In this document: positions 59,901 to 64,000 of the stretch, one piece after another | Numbering within the stretch: position 1 is the first letter of the stretch | How the letters are laid out: every line of letters starts with the position of its first letter | NCBI GenBank assembly: GCA_900321255.1 | Contig: ONVK01000002.1 | Coordinates: 7,856-71,855, forward strand | Reading direction: 5' to 3' | Source of the DNA: an uncultured Lentisphaerota bacterium | Lineage (GTDB): Bacteria; Verrucomicrobiota; Kiritimatiellia; RFP12; UBA1067 | Length of the DNA: 64,000 nucleotides | Made by a program: the position numbers and the translations under genes | Notes under the pieces: generated by a model | The model's input: only the letters and a program-made list of their open reading frames with translations | Told to the model about the DNA's origin: nothing | Database searches by the model: none

Positions 59901-62054
59901 ATTGACGTTTACGCCCTCGGCTACGGTGACGGTAGCGGTAGCAGGCAAGTTATTGGAAATCGCGTAAGTCCCAGAAGTAATGCTTAAGGCCCCCGCGAAT
60001 CCCGACATGTCGCTTGGCAGGGTTACGCCAACATCGCCCGCGAACACGAGCGTGCCCTTGAAGTTGTCGAGCCCTGCAAATGTGAAGGAGCCGGTGCCGA
60101 CAGAATCGATAAGCGTCACCTTGCCAGTGCCCTGGAAGGCGTTGGCGCCGAACGACACCGCCCTTCCCTTGGCATCTATCGTGGTATCGCCGCAGAACCA
60201 GACCGGCGAATTGCCGTCGCCTTCTGCCGCATCGAAAGTTCCGTTGATCACCTGGCGCATGGAGTTGAAGCGGAGCATCAGGTTCTTGTACGCTTCCGTG
60301 CCATCTGCATTCTTCGCAACAAGCGTAAGAACAAGCATTTCGCCTGACCACTTCGGCTCCATCGCCGTGGCATCGACATTGACGGTAAAGACATTGCCGG
60401 CTTTCGTCACGCTCAGCTTGTTGTCAGGCAAAATCGTCAGGTGGCTCGAATACGGCTCAACTTCCGTCGTAGATTCGGAGCAGGTCAAATCGATCTTGTT
60501 GACGCTACCATATGCGCACTCGATGAAGATGTCCTGCTGAAGAAGTTCGATTCCGCAGGCGACGGACGAGACAGAGATGATTTCCGGCGCGGGCTGGGGC
60601 GTTCCGATTGTCGTCGCCACTGAGTTGGGGCGTGCTTCCGACGCATCACTCATAATCGGCGTGACGGTAAAGGTATATTCCCTGCCCGATTCAAGTCCTG
60701 TTACCTCGTGTGTGTACCTTTCGGTCGTATCACCCAGAGACTGAATCATGCCGGCACCAACATTATTGCCGTCCTTCGATGTCTGCAGCAGGAAGCCGCT
60801 GATTTTGTTCGTGTAGCAAGGCGGCAGATGCCAGGCAAGCGTGAGCGAAGAGCCGCTTACCTTGGGAACCGGCTCGAACTGCACGATCTTCTGCGGACGA
60901 AAGCCTGTCTGGAAGGACGCAAGCGTTCCTGAGTATGTGCCTTCCGTGACGGCAATCTTGAGGTTGTCCCAGTATGTCGCGTTGCCATAACCGAGATTGA
61001 GGTTAATCCAATCGACCTCGTCCGCCGTACCGTAGTTTTCCACGGCATAGCCGTCAATGACCATCTGGTGGGCAGCTGTGTTGATCTGAATCGGCGAGCC
61101 CCAGTCGAGATCCGCTTTGACGGCTGCCCAGAGAGCTTCGTAGCCGTCGTTCCAGTATGTATAGCCCTTGCCCTTTTCGTACCAGTATTCTTCGGCCGTG
61201 GCCGCGAGCTGCTTCGTGCCGCCGGAGCCGCCCGGCTTGTAGCCCATGCCCGTCAAGGACTGCGCCCACAAAGAAAGCCATGCTGTATTGCAGGTAGCCT
61301 CTTTGTCGGCCGCCCAAGGAGTAGAAGCCGGATTCGGGGCAGAAGCCACCACCTTGTCCCAGTTGAACGGGACTAGTCCATTAGGACGGATGACGAAATC
61401 GCTGTAGTTGAACTGCGCGTCCCTTACACCATGTGTTGACTGGCGGAATTTCTCATACCTGTAGGGCCAGCGCCAATAGCGAAGTTCCTGTCCGGCCGCG
61501 GTCGCCATGCATCCGCAGAAATAGTTGTAGGGCGAGAGATCGTTGAAGGGGGCGGTCTGATTCCATGTAGCGCCCAGCAGCGGCGCGACGTATGGAGTGT
61601 AACCTGTACCGTCGGTCCCAGTAGGCTTCGCACTCAGCAATGTGCGCTTCTTGGCGACGGGAGCGGTGTACTTCGCCCAGCTGGGATTGTCTTCGAGCGA
61701 ATCATCCGCCTCCTTCGTTTCGACCATCGTGCTGTCGCCCGTGAGCTTCGCCGCGAACGGCGAACCGACTTCGGGCTCGGCGAAGTCTGCGGGCGAAAAC
61801 GAGAGTATGGGCGCGCACTTCGTGGAGCCCGCGATCTCGATGTAGCCGGACGGCTCAAGCGCAACAATCCAAAGGTTGCCCCATGCAATGGCCGACGAGA
61901 CCAAACGGTCAGGCAAAAGCCGTGTGCCGAATCCGCTGGGCCTGATGAAGCCCTCGGCAGCCGCCAAGGCTGTTTCCTGCGAAACCATCTCCGCGACGGC
62001 AGAAAACGCGAAGGCCAAAAGCGCCACGGCTGCGATTGTTGTCTTTTTGATCAT
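53904..62054 (-). CDS. Giant (2716 aa) secreted multidomain protein: C10 cysteine protease, FN3, beta-helix/PATR-like repeats, LamG-like modules, SGNH esterase, unassigned domain, conserved C-terminal module
   Basis: Signal MIKKTTIAAVALLAFAFSAVA. C10 catalytic Cys in NYFCGCMATAAGQELRYW (codon 61509-61511) and His in AAHQMVIDGY (61068-61070). FN3-like at aa ~395-480. Gly/Thr/Ser/Asn-rich repeats at aa ~600-1330. LamG-like at aa ~1350-1540. SGNH blocks VWPYGDSITEG (Ser codon 55734-55736), LLLAGANDI, GDHLHPD. C-terminus ...YWESYVLGLDPTNETSKF...FFRVKVTW. Confidence 0.85.
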   Translation of the reverse strand: MIKKTTIAAVALLAFAFSAVAEMVSQETALAAAEGFIRPSGFGTRLLPDRLVSSAIAWGNLWIVALEPSGYIEIAGSTKCAPILSFSPADFAEPEVGSPFAAKLTGDSTMVETKEADDSLEDNPSWAKYTAPVAKKRTLLSAKPTGTDGTGYTPYVAPLLGATWNQTAPFNDLSPYNYFCGCMATAAGQELRYWRWPYRYEKFRQSTHGVRDAQFNYSDFVIRPNGLVPFNWDKVVASAPNPASTPWAADKEATCNTAWLSLWAQSLTGMGYKPGGSGGTKQLAATAEEYWYEKGKGYTYWNDGYEALWAAVKADLDWGSPIQINTAAHQMVIDGYAVENYGTADEVDWINLNLGYGNATYWDNLKIAVTEGTYSGTLASFQTGFRPQKIVQFEPVPKVSGSSLTLAWHLPPCYTNKISGFLLQTSKDGNNVGAGMIQSLGDTTERYTHEVTGLESGREYTFTVTPIMSDASEARPNSVATTIGTPQPAPEIISVSSVACGIELLQQDIFIECAYGSVNKIDLTCSESTTEVEPYSSHLTILPDNKLSVTKAGNVFTVNVDATAMEPKWSGEMLVLTLVAKNADGTEAYKNLMLRFNSMRQVINGTFDAAEGDGNSPVWFCGDTTIDAKGRAVSFGANAFQGTGKVTLIDSVGTGSFTFAGLDNFKGTLVFAGDVGVTLPSDMSGFAGALSITSGTYAISNNLPATATVTVAEGVNVNLVNANVASTITGTGSINITSGSSVLSGTVTSSVKLYGGDLTIPAGTGDYSTVSVGGGTLKIQLSKAQSILGYDWWLPLYTSGAVKFVLYDGTEVDATTTAAAPGIKIAHESDANVWTGENYALFGDKYSAKWSKGLPGEGDYVIFNSALDDTDGTMMRLDLSAERNLGYVLVKGASKLEIGKYNTDTSALLTADVLENEVETHITTTFFQPKAVIPRKKLSTSSGFVLSCELDSAYADNLKKHETGGSALPDANYWQGTVVFCNKSVNNLELPNYGNAQSKIRLNGVTGSLMGNKAFEGVLELIDYDGAPAFDLNSGSSSYPVIIGSLVSNGTFKTSGSATALNILLKDISSWTGSFDLASKTVAIGQSVPSSYTGTDGRLHVCQAATVAAGATWKAAGGLYLGEGGALTVNGVVEAKNITTYGAGASVALEDGAVLQVSAASANDPAPTLNFKAGTYRVKEGSDAFRETATINFCAASGKHTVVDANGSILTLGPNVFSGSGDVYLTSSKAGGKIVVEGISADYTGTIYCDISCEVSFGDLSKATNCNINVSDVILSRSSSDVGNLTVGLGASLEVTVTKDNQINGCTIDTVTLNDGATMVLKDKTGQVLETFTAEDAVDGKYVLAADPSVTVEYLLDYEFNGNMNSVGTDTTGLNIWNGTASYDSKSEKIYMRCKPYINKTFAMPDDEWSVFMRCTLPAANSATPTMMLMFGKNGGNVFGLVAGTGENTVALASKDSLIGEAVQVSDATTKQHVYAIVKTANRVRLYVDGVLKVDESATVSVSKEFQIGSVKNGNNTSYDPCDDANALIDYMRFYDFAVGQSIIDEETVLDDDPEYAGPEPVAVWVAGEFDDDRSAHAGLEVSLNGNTTNALGQIVIGSSTTLGATIAFPDATHQKVTMLVQYSLPSGGAPAANSVPASMFSTYDLGALAASGSSALEGYWYTGSAVSAGGNYPFSNPAQTMPQDGYVLISTWATDANPNDHGTAVYSGEALSTLSGGEKSGLRFTGSDRYIASVGVGGPTVAGAKPWAGMIVKSVALFDGWVTPSDLAGYQFPAQGAVRPVDSDRYTIDPVVSWVNDFKTTTKGDYTLSVSGTTAAKDDTFGGTLTIGDAAAVVDVRNGANGGNLTVLVKYRATPATVNAPVVTFGETLSNSVKIDVGAYTQSARTLAVNRSWNGGNNKWVALNTAASLNEGEGYLLCARKIDDMLVYVGGSLDSMTGGSTAATGDITFTCDLIQAIGIGGPSGLPNADLAWSPFTGFVVEKVVVFNGYYTPADLTSFNVKADETKSFIVGETEEYPTIGKLSPSGAIKIANASELSEGTYTLATWTTAQKWSTGYGHVGSLDVSGLPEGLSAELVYGAKAIYLRVWNQATQATRGTLKVWPYGDSITEGFNAGGTRANYRVLLAQKLSMLGFNVEMVGCYDKINGADAIDPAGQVAPDAWKWHSAKHGATAGPTTSAAGRANLCENVDTLSAQAGNPDVVLLLAGANDIVPATGLSAAQVVASITNIVAHLAANLPNTKIVVGNQINVESGYNSGNYNHVVGMIPQVNALLKTYVDNLPSELTGKVFLADLNSYVKSGEYGILFDHSGDHLHPDWWGHDQMAEGWLSVITNKFTATQVFPSATIPAAPTADELGAAAKSELAEYRSGYKLCRTIDVASTNAPSVVTGDGATENIEKVGYFVEYVRTDNNAHRWVWVDMDAFGTTIDAVGLPVASHQQVVTNLHVKSNHNGIDDVAATDDSVTGFVEFSPFGYNGNVSGVSGAPAGNSSCCDWNDTLSTSGSYGCMQVHRVFSPAKAAPDGITRGGQVLFAYNNWQSSSSTAEFGIGNFSSHFYRGASDAQTLDYTYTANAPKMNASAYSVKRIEIWTKAAGGEKATSTTGYPVPYSWIEACFPGIVGQPDAMYETMAKSAGNNGYSYWESYVLGLDPTNETSKFLATIRMEGQRPVVEYSPTNTTLGNITYVLQGKPALSNDWQNVEFDEPGATNRFFRVKVTW

Positions 62055-62098
62055 ACTTTCACCCCCGACTAATTTCCCCTACATTCAACACAGCGTTA

Positions 62099-62110
62099 AT
62101 TATACCAAAT
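62099..62110 (-). promoter_or_regulatory. Extended -10 promoter (ATTTGGTATAAT) of the giant gene
   Basis: TATAAT at 62104-62099. About 38-nt leader with a GGGGGTGA SD before ATG 62054. Confidence 0.5.
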
Positions 62111-62132
62111 TCCAGCCCAAAATGCCTGTGGC

Positions 62133-62150
62133 AATTAGGTAAATTAGGTA
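62133..62150 (-). promoter_or_regulatory. Tandem 9-bp direct repeat AATTAGGTA x2 upstream of the giant-gene promoter (candidate activator site)
   Basis: Exact tandem copies at 62133-62141 and 62142-62150, centred about -40 to -58 from the predicted TSS. Confidence 0.3.
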
Positions 62151-62564
62151 AAAGATCAACGAGCGACTTATGTAAGGAACCAGAAAATTGATGGCTTTTG
62201 AGCATTACGCATATATTGGCGTATATGTGTGTTTGGCGCTGACGCGCGACCACGAACCGCGGCGGCTTGCCTCGCGGCGTTCCGCCGCGTGAAAGTTCGC
62301 GGCAGCGCGTTAGCCAGAAGGTCGCCGGGATGCCTCATTGAGCAATTCAGGCGTCATTATGGTGGGGCGACCTTCGCCACGCGCCTCCGCAAACTTTCGG
62401 CCTTCGGCCAACGGCAAGCCCCGCGACACGAAAACCGCTCGGCTTGGTCGCTTCCCCAAGGGTCACGCCCACCCACAAGGGACGGTTAATACGCGGTACA
62501 CGAAAGCTCACAAAATCAGTCGCATCAATGTCGAGCTGGAGCATGCGGAACGGATGCTTCCGGA

Positions 62565-63827
62565 TCAGAAGCCGAGGAGATACACGATAACCGAGGCGAC
62601 GGTCGACGTCGCCCCTACGAGCGCGCCGAACGGGAAGACCTTAAGCCTGTCCTTGATATTCATGCCTACCGCGCCGGCGGTAGCGTGGAAAAAGCTGCCG
62701 TGCGGAAGCGCGTCTATGATCGTCCCGCCCGCATGAAGCATTGCCGCCGCCGAGAGCGCGGGAACTCCAGCATCGAGGAGAGCCCCCGAGAACGTCTGCG
62801 CGGCGATCGTCACGCCGGCCGTAGTAGACGCCGTCGCGCCGGACAGGAGAAAACTTGAAAGCGGTGCCAGCGCAAACGCCGGAAGATGGCAGACGTCCAA
62901 AAGCGATACCATGTCGGCGTTGAGGCCAGAATTCTTCACTATGCCAGCGACCGTGCCTGTTCCAACGAGAAGAATCGAAACGCCGACGACCTTGGAGAGC
63001 CCGAATTCGCAGTATTCGGCAGTCCTGCGCCATCGTCCGCACGCGAGGATGGAGACGATTCCTCCCGCCGGAAGCGCCACGAGCGGATCGACCGCAAAAC
63101 CGCAGACCGGGCGGAGCGCAAGAAGCGCCACCACTACTACCGGCCCAGCCACGGACGCCCACAGCGAAGGAAGCCCCGTCTCCTCCGTAGCGCACCCTCT
63201 CTCTTCTACTGATGTCTCAACGGCAGCGCCTATTCTCTTCGCAAGCATCGCCGACAGGAACGCCGTCATCGCGAGCGCACAAAGCGCGGGCACGACGTTC
63301 TTCATCATCAGGGAGGTCAAGTCCACGCCGAACGCATCTGCCGCGGCGATTGTGTTCGGATTTGGCGAAATCACGTTGCCGGCCTTGCCGCCGCCCACCA
63401 TGGCGAGAAGCAGCGCTGGAACTGGAATGCCGGCACGACGGGCGATTGCGAGCGCGACTGGCGCCACGGTTATGACGGCGATGTCCACAAAGACACCGAC
63501 AGCCGTGACGATAAGCGTCGCAAGCGCGACCGCGGCAAGCGCGAAGCGTGCGCCGAGCGCGCGAATGACGGCGTCTGCGATCTTCTCTGCGCTGCCCGTC
63601 TTGACGAGCGCACCGGCAAGAACGCCGGACGTTAGAATTCTGAGTACACTCGGCATCATCGACTGTGCACCGGATATCATGGCCGACACCGTCTCTGGAA
63701 GCGTACCTCCGCCGATGAGCCCGCCGAAAAACGCGCCCAACACCAGCGCGTAGGCCGGCGTCGCCTTTCTCACGATCAGGACGATCGCGATCACAAGGCC
63801 AGTCAAAGCGCCCCAAGTCGAAAACAT
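62565..63827 (-). CDS. GntP-family (gluconate/organic acid:H+) permease
   Basis: 420 aa, polytopic. GntP-like N-terminus (LVIAIVLIVRKATPAYALVLGAFFGGLIGG) and GSAEKIADAVIRALG block. Confidence 0.82.
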   Translation of the reverse strand: MFSTWGALTGLVIAIVLIVRKATPAYALVLGAFFGGLIGGGTLPETVSAMISGAQSMMPSVLRILTSGVLAGALVKTGSAEKIADAVIRALGARFALAAVALATLIVTAVGVFVDIAVITVAPVALAIARRAGIPVPALLLAMVGGGKAGNVISPNPNTIAAADAFGVDLTSLMMKNVVPALCALAMTAFLSAMLAKRIGAAVETSVEERGCATEETGLPSLWASVAGPVVVVALLALRPVCGFAVDPLVALPAGGIVSILACGRWRRTAEYCEFGLSKVVGVSILLVGTGTVAGIVKNSGLNADMVSLLDVCHLPAFALAPLSSFLLSGATASTTAGVTIAAQTFSGALLDAGVPALSAAAMLHAGGTIIDALPHGSFFHATAGAVGMNIKDRLKVFPFGALVGATSTVASVIVYLLGF

Positions 63828-64000
63828 CTGAACACCTGCTCCGCCGTAGCGGCGAGATTCTCCGCCGCACGCCCTTTTTCAAGCGCCTCCTCAAGCGTCG
63901 TCACCTGACGAAGAACCGGAAAGAACGCGTCAATGCCATGTTCATTCACAATTCCCGCGTCGGGCGTCACGCACCCAGAGAACGCAATGACCTTCACGCC
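63803..64000 (-). CDS. Glycerate kinase, C-terminal fragment (5' end lies beyond the window)
   Basis: VIAFSGCVTPDAGIVNEHGIDAFFPVLRQVTTLEEALEKGRAAENLAATAEQVFR resembles the GlxK/GarK C-terminus. The frame is open to the window edge. 25-nt overlap with gntP. Confidence 0.65.
   Translation of the reverse strand, partial: GVKVIAFSGCVTPDAGIVNEHGIDAFFPVLRQVTTLEEALEKGRAAENLAATAEQVFRCFRLGAL

Noticed and set aside
53904-62054. Giant protein as an RHS/YD polymorphic toxin, RTX toxin or classical type V autotransporter
   Set aside because: No YD/RHS repeats, no GGxGxD nonapeptides and no adjacent immunity-like small ORF were seen. The C-terminal ~120 aa are too short and not beta-barrel-like for a translocator domain.
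62110-62564. Possibility that the structured spacer is RNase P RNA, tmRNA, SRP RNA or 6S RNA
   Set aside because: I could not find the invariant motifs on either strand: GAGGAAAGTCCGGGC-type P4 for RNase P, a tRNA-like end and tag ORF for tmRNA, or the GGAAGGAAGCAG-type helix 8 for SRP. 6S cannot be excluded by eye, but there is no long imperfect end-to-end helix.
62229-62736. Plus-strand ORFs 62229..62489 and 62338..62736, and minus-strand ORF 62347..62544, in the gntP to giant-gene spacer
   Set aside because: They have no recognisable protein motifs and Arg/Pro/Ala-rich translations, and one runs antisense into gntP. The region is treated as non-coding and reported as a finding.

Overview
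This is a high-GC bacterial chromosomal segment with extreme strand bias. I call about 52 protein genes, 50 of them on the minus strand. The plus strand carries only a tRNA-Glu(UUC) and a small CBM48 gene. I recognised no rRNA, CRISPR array, transposase, integrase or phage genes. Content is a mosaic of three kinds. Housekeeping genes: rlmB, gnd, frr, pyrH, ispD, secA, panC, dprA, lgt, def, dut, tatD. Envelope-biogenesis genes: a BamD-like/LptE-like operon, a PpiD-like chaperone, FtsB, DsbD plus a TlpA-like redoxin, and an orphan GspE/PilB ATPase. Scattered sugar-utilisation genes: rhaA, a KdgK-like kinase, ExuT-like and FucP-like MFS transporters, galK, galM, araD, an FGGY kinase, GntP, glycerate kinase, lactate permease, GH76-like and GH106-like hydrolases, and SGNH and SASA esterases. 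The repertoire suggests a glycan-degrading member of the PVC superphylum (Kiritimatiellota, Lentisphaerota or Verrucomicrobiota); that is inference only. The main observations are: (1) a 1400-aa chimera of Ser/Thr kinase, double periplasmic-binding sensor, histidine kinase and receiver, translationally coupled to a second Ser/Thr kinase; (2) a 2716-aa secreted protein that combines a C10 cysteine protease, beta-helix repeats, LamG modules and an SGNH esterase, followed by lctP and two more esterases; (3) a dispersed family of 7-nt-period tandem arrays that fill operon-internal spacers, many carrying a stop codon per unit, with one array inside a CDS; (4) a recurrent T-tract plus TGG-TATAAT extended -10 promoter motif, often 6-10 nt from the start codon, implying leaderless mRNAs; (5) a roughly 450-bp GC-rich structured non-coding region upstream of the giant gene. 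All family assignments come from motif recognition by eye. No database search was run.
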